DNA of 64,000 bases, taken from contig OZ025782.1 in the NCBI GenBank assembly GCA_964019425.1, positions 1,612,001-1,676,000 on the forward strand. Direction: 5' to 3'. Source of the DNA: Flectonema sp. DT1601 (taxonomy: Eukaryota). Each line of letters begins with the position of its first letter. Position 1 is the first letter of the stretch. The translations under genes were made by a program, and so were the position numbers. Under the pieces are notes generated by a model. The model saw only the letters and a list, made by a program, of their open reading frames with translations, did no database searches and was not told the DNA's origin. Of the stretch, positions 50,293 through 62,189 are shown piece after piece.

Positions 50293-50493
50293 GGCCAATT
50301 CTGATAAGCAGGACTGGCGACGCGGGATGAACCGAGAGCTGACTTAAGGTGTCCGAGTGGTCGCTCATCAGATCCCACAAAGGGTGTCGGTTCATCTAGA
50401 CAGCAGGACGGTGGCCATGGAAGTCGGCATCCGATAATGAGTGTGTAACAACTCACCTGCCGAATGAACCGGTGTCCGAGAGGTCGCTCATCA
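50293..50493 (+). pseudogene. 28S/LSU rRNA-derived insertion with 15-bp target-site duplication
   Basis: Conserved eukaryotic LSU core (taagcaggactggcg...gggatgaaccg...gacagcaggacggtggccatggaagtcgg...gagtgtgtaacaactcacctgccgaat). TSD gctacataataacgt at 50278-50292 and 50494-50508. Confidence 0.92.
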
Positions 50494-51908
50494 GCTACAT
50501 AATAACGTTTGGTATCGGTAAAAAAGAAAAAAAATCGTATCTTAAATCTTCATTTCATATTGTTTCATATTAAATGTTGTAAACAATACAACAGAAGACA
50601 ACAATTGCTTTTGTTAAGTCGTTTGATTGTTTCAATGATTTTTCACCTTTTTCAACCTCAAAAAAAAAAAGTATCAAGTTTACCTCTTTTTCTTTTTTTT
50701 TTAGTTTTCTTGTTGCTGTTTAGGTAAGTCCTCAAAAAAAAAAAAAAAAAAAAAAAAAGACATCAACGTTAGTTAGTTTTTTCTGGTACCATGTTTGTTT
50801 TGAGTTTTTTTATTTTTTTAAAAGTCGCGGTTCGTGGTACCTCCTGGCTGGATACCCCTCTGCGTGAACTGTGTTGCGTATAGTCCTTAATTAAGCTCTT
50901 AGTGAGCTTTCCTTGACTGCAACTCAAGAAAAAAAAAGTAATGAGAGTGAAATTGAATCTCGATCTTTTGAGAATATCTCTTTTTGTTCGAAAAAACAAG
51001 AAAATGAAAAAAAAAAAAAAAAAAAATTAAGTCTCCAGTATTGACAAATTACCCTTAGCCCAATATGAGTTTAAAAGAGCCTTGGTTTTGTAAAGGCAAT
51101 GCAACCTTTGTGATATTGTTAATAAGAAATGGCACTCGTTGATATTTCTATTTATTGTACATATCACTATACGAGTATTCGGCATTTAGAGTTTTTTTTT
51201 TTTTTTTCCATTTCCTTTTAGAATCTTCATAAGCTCTCTTTTTTTCTACTCTGCGTGACTGACCCCCTTTTCTTTGTGTGGGGTATTCTTTTTTTTTGTT
51301 GGATTCGCATTTCTTTCTCGTCTCTCTTCACTGGTGGATTTTGGTTAAATCAGCCGCTTTTTTTGGTGATGTGCTGTGAAAACTATCCACATTTTTTTTT
51401 TTTTTTGGTTTTTGTGGAATTTGGGGGAAAAAAAAAAAAAAAAGTAGAGCAATAAACACACATCATCAAACAACTTTGTTTTCTTGATGTTTTGTTGTTT
51501 GTTGACGCGTTGCGTTCGCATTAGTCTTTTTGAATAAACGAAGCTGATAAATCAGGCACTCGTACTTCTATTTCCTTCTGGTTTGATTTGAGTGGTCAGG
51601 CTTTCTAATTCCCGTCTTTCAGACCACTGACTTGGAGAGATACGGAAAATTGGTATCCACAAATTGCTTAGATTTAATAAGCAGAAGCCGTGGAATCACA
51701 AAACGAAAAAAAAAAAAAAAAAAAAATCAGTTTTTTTTTTAGCTTTCTTCTCATGTTTTTATTTCACAGTCACATAGTTCATGTTTGTGTTGATGTTGGA
51801 GTGTAGGCTGCAGTTACTTTGATCATCCTATAAGAAGAAGTTTTTCGTAATTCTTCCTATGTAGACACCAAGGAACACTTCACAAAAGGTTACTTGTATA
51901 ATAAAAAA

Positions 51909-53407
51909 ATGAGCGAAGTGGCGGCCAGCGAAGCGGGGGGGAAGTCGGCACCTCCGAAGCAGCCTTTATCTCAGGGAAGCTTATCAGCAGCACAGCCACA
52001 AGTGCAGCCCTCCACGCAAGGGACAGTAAAGATAGATAGTGAGGTTCCGACAAAGCAGAATTCTCAAAGTCTAATGCCACCAAGCAGTCCAGTACCACCA
52101 CTAAGTAAGGCTTCTGCTAACACAAAGGAACCTGTTTTATCGAGACAGTCATCGAAGATGTCGCTTAAATCTTTAGCAAAACCTCCTACGGCTGCTGCAG
52201 CTGGTCCTGCTACCCCTGCCAATGGAAACAGTCGACCTGTTTCGAGAACAGGATCTGCGCAGTTGACCCGAAAAGACTCAGCAACTACAGTGGCATCAAA
52301 AGCATCAAGCATATCAAAGAAGAGCGACTTAGGAGGTAGAAAGGATAGTTCTATGAGTGCAGTTTCTAAGGCAAGCCATTCAACAATGCAAACAAGAGGA
52401 GGAACCATAGCTCCAAACAGTCCTCTGATAGCAGCAACGATTCCTGTTGATGAAGAAGAAGACGAATTGCAAGGTGTCGACTGGAGACTCACTGCCAGAA
52501 CAGCAAACCAAGAGGTTGCAAGACTTCAAAATGAATTAGCGTCAGAGAAAGAGAATTCTCATGAATTGCAGAGACAAAATAACGATTTACAGTCACAAAT
52601 AGCAGACTTACAGTCTCAGAATGAAACCGGTGTCACTAGCACCAAATCTGATAGTGGTGGAGGTGCTGCCGTGAAAACATTGAAGTCACAACTTAGTACG
52701 AAGGATAAGAGAATCCGCGAACTGGAATCACAAGTCGCAAACAGATCCTTCACTAATACTCCTCAACGTGTTGGTGGGGGTGACGACCATGCCCTTCGTG
52801 AAAAAGATCAAATAATTAACGAACTGAAAGACCAAATCAATGCTTTACATCAAAGAAGACAATTATCTGATCCACCACCAACTCAAGCCATGGATAATAC
52901 TGTTGCGCTCAGAAGGGCAATTGAAGACAGAGATAGACAACTTCTAGAGAGCCAGGCTGCTATAAAGCAACTCGACATAAAGCTCGAGTCAGCACAGGAA
53001 GCGATTGTATCAGCGACAGACTACGGATGGGAAAATGATATAAAATTAGCTCAGGCCCGTAGAGCTCTTGTCTCTATAATGGATCATCACTCTCCTAACA
53101 GAGAACGAAAGGAAGTTCAGTCGAAAAATGATAAAGTTCAGCTTCAGATCGATTCTCTCGAAGAAAAGAAGAAAGCCGCCGTGGCTATCGAAGACTTTCC
53201 CGAAGCCCAGCGTCTCAGAGATGAAGTAACTGCTTGGAAGGTATGTAAAATTTTTATTTACTTTTTATTAGAGAAATAAAAACTTCGAAAATGAACAAAA
53301 CAAAACAGACGAAGCTCATGCCTCTGCCTCCACCGAGAGGCACGTCATTCTCACCCCAGCGGACTATTTCCCAGTCCCCGGCAGAGTACTCGCCGAGAGA
53401 TCAGTAG
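51909..53407 (+). CDS. Coiled-coil protein with C-terminal UVR-like motif; exons 51909-53240, 53309-53407
   Basis: Ser/Pro-rich N-terminus, long heptad regions, LEEKKKAAVAIEDFPEAQRLRDEV. Intron 53241-53308 (gtatgt...aaaacag). Confidence 0.8.
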
Positions 53408-53642
53408 TCTCTGTTGATATAATTTGTTCGTGTTGTTCGTTTCATTGTACTTTTTAGATTGTATTTCCTTACCAAACTTGTGTTCAGAAGCAAATAATTG
53501 CAACTCATTTTAAACCACCGGCTTGACTCCCTTGTCGAGCCTGACATCGTGTGTTCTCCTTTATGGTGCGTACTTGTCGTTTTGTGCTGTTGTTCATTGA
53601 TTCATTTATTCATTATATTTCATCTTGATAGGATGACCCAAA

Positions 53643-55703
53643 ATGGGATCGGAATCTGGTGGAACATTACAAAAACTAAAAGAACAAGTACATGCTATTC
53701 GGACGGAGTTGACGAATAAGGGAGCTGAAGTAGCGCGTAAAATGCACAGTATGGAAGCTGGTAGAAATGATCCTCAGGTATCACCAAGACGGAATCCAGA
53801 ACATGCAGGAGTGATGACTCAAATAACACCAACACATGGAAGGATAGCACAGAGTCCAGTTATGATCCTTCCACAACATCCTGGTACTGTAAATGCAATG
53901 AATCCGAACTCAACACCTGTTTCATATCAAAGTGGAATAACATATAACCAGCCACCTGTAGTTGATTTGTTAGATCAAATGCAGAAGCGTCAGGATGCTG
54001 AGAAGGCTGAGATGTCAGCTCTCTTCAAAGAAGTACTTTCTGAAGCAAAGAGATCAGGTTCTCAACAAAGAGAATACTTTAAGACATATATTGATAAACA
54101 AGAACGTGATATGAAAGATGTTAGAAATCAATTAGAACGTGTCATTAATCATCAGAGTCGACCTCCAACTCCACGTCACAGTCCTGTTGTTCAGCACAGC
54201 AACCAACCTGATTTCACACCTCAACATGTTTTATCTAAACCATTGGATGAAGTGTTGGCAATGTGTCCAGCTTTTCGCGTATGTATTTTTGTTGTTTTAT
54301 CTGCTTTTCGAATATCAATTTTAAAAAGTAAGTTACTTGAAACAATCAACAATACCACAGCGAAACTTCGAAGACTGCGACCCCGCACGCCAACTTGAAA
54401 TTCAATCTGGATGGCATGTAAGCAGCACTTGGTTGTTTCCACTTCTGAGAGAGTGTTGGAAACAGGATAACTTTGCACCCGTATGTTGTATTTATGTTGT
54501 TGTCAGGTAATAATTATGTTAGTGGGATGTAATAATTAACAAACCACACAGATCGGATTAGGTGTACCACCTGCATATTCCATGATCGCACCAACCAACA
54601 TTAATTCTACACAAGAATTACAATCACCCAATAGACCAACTGGTATCGAGCAACAGACAAGTCGCGACATCATCGAAAGGAACATCGCGTCTGAGATTGC
54701 GAACCGAAGGCCGAGTCAAGAGATACAGATTCAAGACATTTCTGTATCACCAAAGAGGAGTAGTGTAGGAAGTCAGCATCAATTGCAGATGAAAGTTGAG
54801 AATCTGGAACTGAAATTAAAAGACAAGGACTCGGAAATACAGCGAATGCAACAACAGCAACACCAACTGCCACAGCAACAACAACAGCAACAACAACAAC
54901 AACAGCAGCACCTGCCGCAACAGCAACCCCAACTGCCACAGCAACAACAACAGCAGCAGTACCAACTGCCGCAGCAACAACAACAACAGCACCAACTGCC
55001 GCAACAACAACAACAACAACTGCAGCAACAACAGCAGCATCAAAACCAACTGCCGCAGCAACAGCTCTCAGATGCTCAAGACAGGATTCGAATACAACAA
55101 CTACAAGAAGCTAATGGAGTACTCTCTGAAACATTAAAGACAACACTCGCAGCCCAGAGCCGCAATACCGAAGACCAAATGGGTGTTCGCGTTAAGATGA
55201 ATGAATTACAAGTTCAACTTCAAGATTCAATTCGTATTAATGAAGAATTCACTCGCACTCTACAGACAAAGGATGACAGGATCAGAGGAATGGAAATTGA
55301 ATTTCAGGAAATTAATTTAACCCTCCAACGTAAGGATCAGGAGTTACGTGAAAAGGATAGAGTCATGGCTGGTCAGACTGCTGAACTACTCGACATGAAA
55401 GCTCGTTTAGAGACGTTTGAAATTCAGAGATCTTACCAAAATCCGATGCAATCACCATCACGCAATGCTGTTAGAAGTCCGAGAGGACCAGAAGCGTTAT
55501 TCTCAAGTCATTATGCTACTCCGAATATTATGATGAAATCTGCTTACATGGCACCTCCAGAAGTAATGGACTACGTTGCTCCCCCAGCTGCTATTTCAAT
55601 AAATCAGCCATCCCCAACTTACGGTTCTCGCCTGCAAGAACTTCTTAACAAGAGAAAACACAGTGACATCTACACCCCTGCCTATGGTTCCACCTTTGGG
55701 TAG
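53643..55703 (+). CDS. Poly-Q / coiled-coil hypothetical protein; exons 53643-54278, 54361-54480, 54552-55703
   Basis: Two phase-0 GTATG-CAG introns (54279-54360, 54481-54551) join the 53643 and 54582 ORFs in frame through a 40-codon exon. Confidence 0.8.
54848..55063 (+). repeat. Coding CAA/CAG repeat, (HQLPQn) units
   Basis: Repeated caactgcc(a/g)ca units separated by CAA/CAG runs. Confidence 0.9.
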
Positions 55704-56054
55704 TTGATTAGTTGTTTATTTCATTTTTTGTTTTTCTTCTTGTTTTGTCTTATTGATGCGTTTTCCCTCTTGGTTTGTTTGCCAACAATGTTTCAACCAC
55801 TTGTCTGTGAACTGGTGTTGGTATTTTTAGTTTATGTGATGCATTCTGTATGTAGATTCCAAAAAAATAGAATTATAGATTTGTTTAAATATATATATCG
55901 GTCATTGATTTGAGATATATGTTTTTTCTTTTTTTCATTGTATCCCTTGAAAAAACACAAAAAAAAAAAAAAAAATAGCAATAGACTCGTCTCTTATATG
56001 TAGTATTTTCTTTTTTTTAAAAAAAGTAACAAACAAAAAAAAAAGAAGAAAAAA

Positions 56055-57203
56055 ATGGCAAAGATACCAAAAGATTTAACTGAGACTCTCCGTAATGGTG
56101 ATATCTGTAACGTTGTTGAAGAGATGCTGCAGTCAGCATTTGCGAGAGACACTCCTCCGTCTGATCCAATCGGTGAAATGACGTCGTATCTCCAAAATAT
56201 GAGAATCGGTAAATTGAATGAAAAATTTGGAGTCGAAGGTAAAATTAAATTCGTCACTGGAAATGGAGGACTCATTAAAGTGATTCTTCAACACGATGAT
56301 GACACTAGTGATGGTAATAGAGCTGAGATATATCTGCAGGGTGCTCACGTATCAAGATGGAGCATAAATGGATTTGACGTGTTATGGATGTCGCAAGATT
56401 CTAATTTCATTCCCGGAAAAGCAATTCGAGGAGGAATTCCTATCTGTTGGCCTCAGTTTGGCCCTGGCAATCTTCCGCAACACGGATTTCTGAGAAATTC
56501 ATCTAATTGGGAAATAGTCGAAACGGAGGCAAATAAAAATAATATTTCTATCTCTCTCGCTCACACCTCAACTGAAGAAACACTCGAACAGTGGCCGCAT
56601 ACCTTTCGTGTTATTTACACTATTCATTTAAAACAACACACTTTGAGCACTTCCCTTTCTGTTGAGAATACCGGAGAAGAACCATTTACGTTTACCGGAG
56701 CACTTCATACCTATTTTAACCTACCTCACGTTAGTTCTGCTAAGGTTGCGGGTTTAGGAGGATTATCGTACCTTGATAACCTTCAAGGAAGGAAAGAAGA
56801 AACAGAAAGTGATGAACCTCATTGTGTGATTAATAAAGAAACAGATCGAGTCTACCTATCAACACCAAACCAGTTAACGATTGAAGATGGTTACGGAGTG
56901 ACCTATAGCATTAACAAATCACCATCACTTCCTGATGCTGTGTTATGGAATCCATGGATAAATAAATCACACGCAATGCAAGATTTCAATAACTACGGTT
57001 GGCGTCACATGGTCTGTGTAGAAACAGCTGTTGTGAAGGATCCTATTGAAGTTGCACCGCATTCAACGTGGTATGTGTTAGAGGCTTTTTATTTAAATAA
57101 CGTGGTAGACAATTCCTCAAGTCTATAACAATCATTAAAATAAATAAACCTTAGGTACGGTTCTCAAACCCTCTCTGCGGATTTACCAAAACAAACCGAG
57201 TAG
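56055..57203 (+). CDS. Glucose-6-phosphate 1-epimerase (hexose-6-P mutarotase) with N-terminal Dpy-30/RIIa-like extension; exons 56055-57070, 57155-57203
   Basis: Motifs GAHVSRW, AIRGGIPICWPQFG, QHGFLR, ALHTYF, ETDRVY, VLWNPW, MVCVE. Intron 57071-57154. Confidence 0.9.
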
Positions 57204-57688
57204 CGCCCTTCGATCTCAAGGATAAGGGTCTGATACAAAAAAAAAAAAAACTTACAATGGTATGTTTTTCTTGTTTCTTTTTAAGATTGTAGCTGTGCTA
57301 TTCTCAGATGAATAATTTTTAACACAGGTTCAGCTCCCCGAACTCAGCGAAATCCTTACACCTCATCGCCCTATTCAGTACTCGCTGTAGTGTAAAAGGA
57401 AGCTGGAAGATAAAAGTATGTTGGAAGGAAAGAAAAAAAAGTAAAAATGAATAAGAAATAATTAATAAAGCTAACAACAAACAATATGATTGTTAAAACC
57501 CGATCGTGGTATTTCTTTTGATGCGTGCCATCGCTAATGCGTTACTTATTGTGGTTGCAATTAAACTAGCAGTTCGATGATAGTTATTTTTTTTTTTTAA
57601 ATAATGCTACACACTATTCCATCAAACAACAGTTTATTTCCAGGAGGGGTGGGGGTTTTTTTTTTTTCTTCTTCTTTTTTTTTTTCAG

Positions 57689-59089
57689 ATGGGTAATTGC
57701 ACCAGCGACAAAGAAAAAGACGAAGATGATAATGCTGACGGCTATGAATATCACCCTCATATCGGAGCATTACGAGGACCGGCCATAAGTACTTTTGAAA
57801 TACCACCAAATGAATTAGAATTTGGTGGAGACTTACTTATGGCACCAAACTATCCCTCGACTAATGTAGGAAATAATAATAAAATACCAATCTCGTCGGA
57901 TAAAGGTTCTATAAATAAATCTGATAAGCGAAAACATTCGAATTCTTCAGTTGAAGATTTCCCAATGAGCACGGCAGCTAATGCTCCCTCAACAGCAATA
58001 AAGGTATTCGGTTCTAATGAAGCAGGTCAGCTTGGTCTTAATGATGTTGATGAGGTACCTATACCGTATGACTTGAAAGACTTAGCAGGTGTTCCAGTTG
58101 CCAATATTATATGTGGATCATGGCATACTGTTGTTTTAGATCATCAGAATTGTTTGTATGCTTTTGGAGAAGGTCGACGAGGTCAGCTTGGCTTTGGAAT
58201 GCGAAAATCAATTCGCCTACCAGCAATAGTTCCATTCTTCAAAAGCAAACGACCTCGTCATGTCTGCTGTGGAGAAGAATACACAATAGTTGCGTGTGAC
58301 GATGGTGTTTATTCGTTTGGAATTGGGGAAGATGGGCAGCTTGGATTGGGAGACACCGAAGATAGAACATCACCAACAAAAATAACTTCTATAAAAAACC
58401 CTCAACAAGTTGATTTTATTGTATCAGGAACCCACCACAATCTATTATTCTACCAAGGAAAGTTATACTGTTTTGGATGGAATAGATGTGGTCAGCTTAT
58501 GACTGGAGACACCAGAAATAGAACTACGCTAACGGAAGTAAAATTCTTTTCCGATTTAAATGTTAAAGCTGCGGCTTGTGGTGTTCAACACAGTGTAGTT
58601 CTTTGTTTAACTTCGATATATGTTGCTGGGGGTAATCAATATGGCCAGTTAGGTACGGGAAACACAACACATTCATGTGTCCCAATCAAACTTGCGATAT
58701 TTGATGGTATTCACATCAAAGGTGTATCATGTTGGTATCACACTGTTATTTGGTGTGAAAGTGGTACGTGTTATTCATTTGGTGAAGGCGCACACTACAA
58801 ACTCGGACACAACTCAACCACAAACGTTTTGTCCCCGACTCCAATACCTGCATTTGAGGATAAGTGCATCCTTCGTGTTATATGTGGAGCGGAACACACG
58901 GCAGTTTTTTGTATTGATGGTATCTATGTTTGGGGAAATCCAAGTCCAAAACTGGGTCATGGGTCGATTGAGACTGTTTGCAGACCAGAGCAGTCAAAGC
59001 TCACTTCTCTTCAGGGGAAGAGAATTATCGATTTCGATCTCGGGATTGACCATACCGCCGTTGTTGTTGAGGAGATGAGAACTAATTAG
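57689..59089 (+). CDS. RCC1-repeat beta-propeller protein with N-terminal MGNC acylation motif
   Basis: About seven repeats of the type FGxxxxGQLG...CGxxHT. N-terminal MGNC. Confidence 0.9.
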   Translation: MGNCTSDKEKDEDDNADGYEYHPHIGALRGPAISTFEIPPNELEFGGDLLMAPNYPSTNVGNNNKIPISSDKGSINKSDKRKHSNSSVEDFPMSTAANAPSTAIKVFGSNEAGQLGLNDVDEVPIPYDLKDLAGVPVANIICGSWHTVVLDHQNCLYAFGEGRRGQLGFGMRKSIRLPAIVPFFKSKRPRHVCCGEEYTIVACDDGVYSFGIGEDGQLGLGDTEDRTSPTKITSIKNPQQVDFIVSGTHHNLLFYQGKLYCFGWNRCGQLMTGDTRNRTTLTEVKFFSDLNVKAAACGVQHSVVLCLTSIYVAGGNQYGQLGTGNTTHSCVPIKLAIFDGIHIKGVSCWYHTVIWCESGTCYSFGEGAHYKLGHNSTTNVLSPTPIPAFEDKCILRVICGAEHTAVFCIDGIYVWGNPSPKLGHGSIETVCRPEQSKLTSLQGKRIIDFDLGIDHTAVVVEEMRTN

Positions 59090-60190
59090 GCAACTAATTC
59101 ACGCCAATCCGATTCTAAAGACTATCTCAGTCATTATTTTTGTCTTAATAGTTTTTTTTTCTTTCTTCTTTTTTTTTTGTTTGTTTAGTCGATTTCTTTT
59201 TTTTTCGGTTATTGTAAAAATATTCTTTTTTTTTTTTAAAAAAAAAAAAAGCGACTCTGGGCATGATGTAGTAGTCGCTTGATACAGCAAGATGATTCTT
59301 TATCAATTTTTTTTTTCTTTCACCCTTTCGCTCTCTTTTGTCTGTTTTAGTTGCTCATTCTTGTTGATCACGAAAAAAAAATATATATACAGCTGAAAGC
59401 AGCCCATTTTCATTTTGCGATTGAAATTTGAGCCGCGCATTAAGCGTTTTTAGTTATTTGTTTTTTATTTCTCTTCCATCTTCGTTTTTTTTTTTTTTTT
59501 TTTTTTACATAGCTACACTTATTATGTTTGTGAAATTTTTTAACAAATTAAATTGTAGTGTTTTTGATGTACAATACCAGCAGCGCATTGATTGGGTCGC
59601 TGCTGCATATTGTTCCCCATTTGGAAAAAAAAAAAAAAAAAAAAAACCCAAATCTGGAAGCTCATGATCGGTTTCCTTGTTGGGAGTTTACAGCTCAGCA
59701 AACAATGTGCGTGTGTGTTGTGTGTTGTGTGTTCATTGACATTGCAGTTATAAAAAAGAAAGCTCTGAAAACAATGAATTCTGCAGCCTGTTATTTTTGA
59801 AAATTCCTTTGTGTTTTTCTTATTGCGAAAAAAAAAAAGAAGAAAAAATAAAATAAAAATAAAATAGTTGTTTTGTTTTTTTTTTTTGTGTAAAAACGGT
59901 TACCTTACTGTAACCGTGGTAATATTGAAAGCGTTCACCTTTACAATCGTTTTAAACGAGAAATTGTGTTTTGTGTTTTTTTTTTTTTTTTTTTTTTTTT
60001 CTAAGTTGAAGTTGATGCCGTGGGTATCATCTTGTTGTTAGGATTGCTGCATACCTCGCAGCACTTTCACCATCCTTATTGACGCGGTCAGCAGGAACGA
60101 CGATACAAGTTATGTCTTCCCTTTTTTTTTTTTATTTATTTATTTATTTATTTTTTTAAATTTTTCTTTCATTATCTTGTCTAATCCATA

Positions 60191-60229
<39 letters not shown>

Positions 60230-60466
60230 GGGCTTATGTCTTCCTGCTGATTTGTGTTTTCTGTGCCACTACCAATCTGCTTGTTATTGGCGTCTTGTAA
60301 CAAAATAATTTTTTATTGGTGATTCAAACACGGATAAAAAACACTTATTATTTTATATTAGGTTAACCCAATGATATGATAATAAGAAACGACAATGATA
60401 CGTTCTTAAATCTGTTGTACCTCTTTTTTTTTTTTTTTTTTTTTACACCCATCCAGAGAACCTAAC

Positions 60467-61911
60467 ATGAACTTCGTAGTACCGATTCTCGTCTTAGTCC
60501 TGTGTGTCTTACTCAGTGGAGTCGATATGAGACAGTTCGATTTTTTGATATTTCATCCTGAAAGACCACACTACACATCTGAAACTTTCGTATCAACGAA
60601 ATCTGATAAATTATTCGAAGGTTGGTATTACAAAATTGCTTCAGTAGAACATCAAATTGCTATCATTCCTGGTGCATACCACAGTAAACATGAAAGCTAC
60701 GCCTTCATCATGTACGTGACTAGCCAAATGAGTCTTGAATATAGATACCCATTATCAGAGTATAAGACTCCTTCCGTTGCAGGTTTGTATTTTACGAAAA
60801 CTCAAAACCCGTTCTTTTAATGTGACTTTTCTCAGTTTCCTTCAGCGTGCCTACATATTGTGTAGCTTCAAAACAGTACCAAATCAATGAATAGTGACAA
60901 TAGAATGAGGTGCGGAAATACCCCTGTTCCTAAACAGGGTGAGAGATACATTTATGTCATCTTTTTCATCTTCCCGTTTCATTCTAAAACGACGTAGATT
61001 TTTCAGCAACAACAATAACAAAAAAAAAAAAAAAAAAAAAAACAGCCGATGCCATCCCGGGTCAATTTTACGTCAATATTGGCAACAATAAATTCAGCAG
61101 AGAGAAAGTAGAACTTGACCTAAGTGGTTCTTTCCTGAATTCTGTGCACCCAAAACACCTAACGGAGAGTGAATCAGGAAATATAAAGGCAACTTTTGAC
61201 TTCTCAAACATGGATAACGGCTTTCCCGTAACCGTTGGATTCCTAGGAGCAATGGGTTATTATGGATGGCTTCCTTTCTTGGAATGCTATCACGGTATAT
61301 TGTCAATGAATTTCGAGGTCAATGGTTGGGTTCAATATGGAACCAAAACACAGTTACCAATTAAGGCCTATAACGGTTACCTGGAGAAGGATTGGGGGAC
61401 GAATTTCCCCCAAACTTGGATTTGGTTGCAAGCCAATTCCTTTACTGATTCACCTGGAACGTCTTTAACATTAGCATTGGCAAGGCTGCCAATCATCGGA
61501 GACTCGGTATTGTCAAAGTTTGGTTTTTTGGGAGGGTTTTATCACAAAGGTGAGCTTCATCAGTTCGGTACTTACACCTGGGCATCAGTTTCAAATGTTG
61601 AGATCGAAGATGATTATTCTTTGGGGAGGCGTCATATCTTTGTATCTGTAACAAACTTTCTGAGAAATAAAAGTCTTAAAGTCTCTGCTTCTATTCCTCT
61701 TGATGGTTATTCAGATGAAGAAAACTCAAAGTACCCCAAATTGATGGTCCCTTCACAATCTGGTAGGATGCTTCCTCAACTTCTTGAGTGGGTTGATGCT
61801 TCTCTCAGTGTAGCCTTTTATGACGGGGTGGAACAACACATATTCACATCACGTCCAGCTACTGTTGAATGCCACAGTCCTGATAACAAAATGATTTATA
61901 TGACAACTTGA
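60467..61911 (+). CDS. Tocopherol cyclase family protein; exons 60467-60782, 61046-61911
   Basis: Motifs FEGWYYK, GAMGYYGWLPFLECYHGILSM, GYLEKDWGTNFPQTWIWLQAN. Phase-1 intron 60783-61045 joins the two ORFs. N-terminal hydrophobic signal. Confidence 0.85.
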
Positions 61912-62189
61912 TGTTCCTTTTGCCAATCAATCACTTTGTTGATTACACTTTTTTTCACTTCTATCCTGCTGACTATTTATCTGCGCTCATAAAGAGTGCG
62001 TTTTACCGTCCGATTTATTGACCTGATTTATACAACTGTGTTTATATCTTTTTCTTTTCCTTTCCTCTCACAATATGCCTTGAAGTTGTTTTTTGACGCT
62101 GAAGAATGTGACTGGTGTTTTATATGTCTGACTTGTTGGTTTTTATGTTTATTTTTAATTAGTATACACACTACATTCGAGTTATTCAA

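Noticed and set aside
50293..50470. Functional rRNA gene
   Set aside because: Only a 178-bp fragment with a TSD and rearranged end; no rDNA context.
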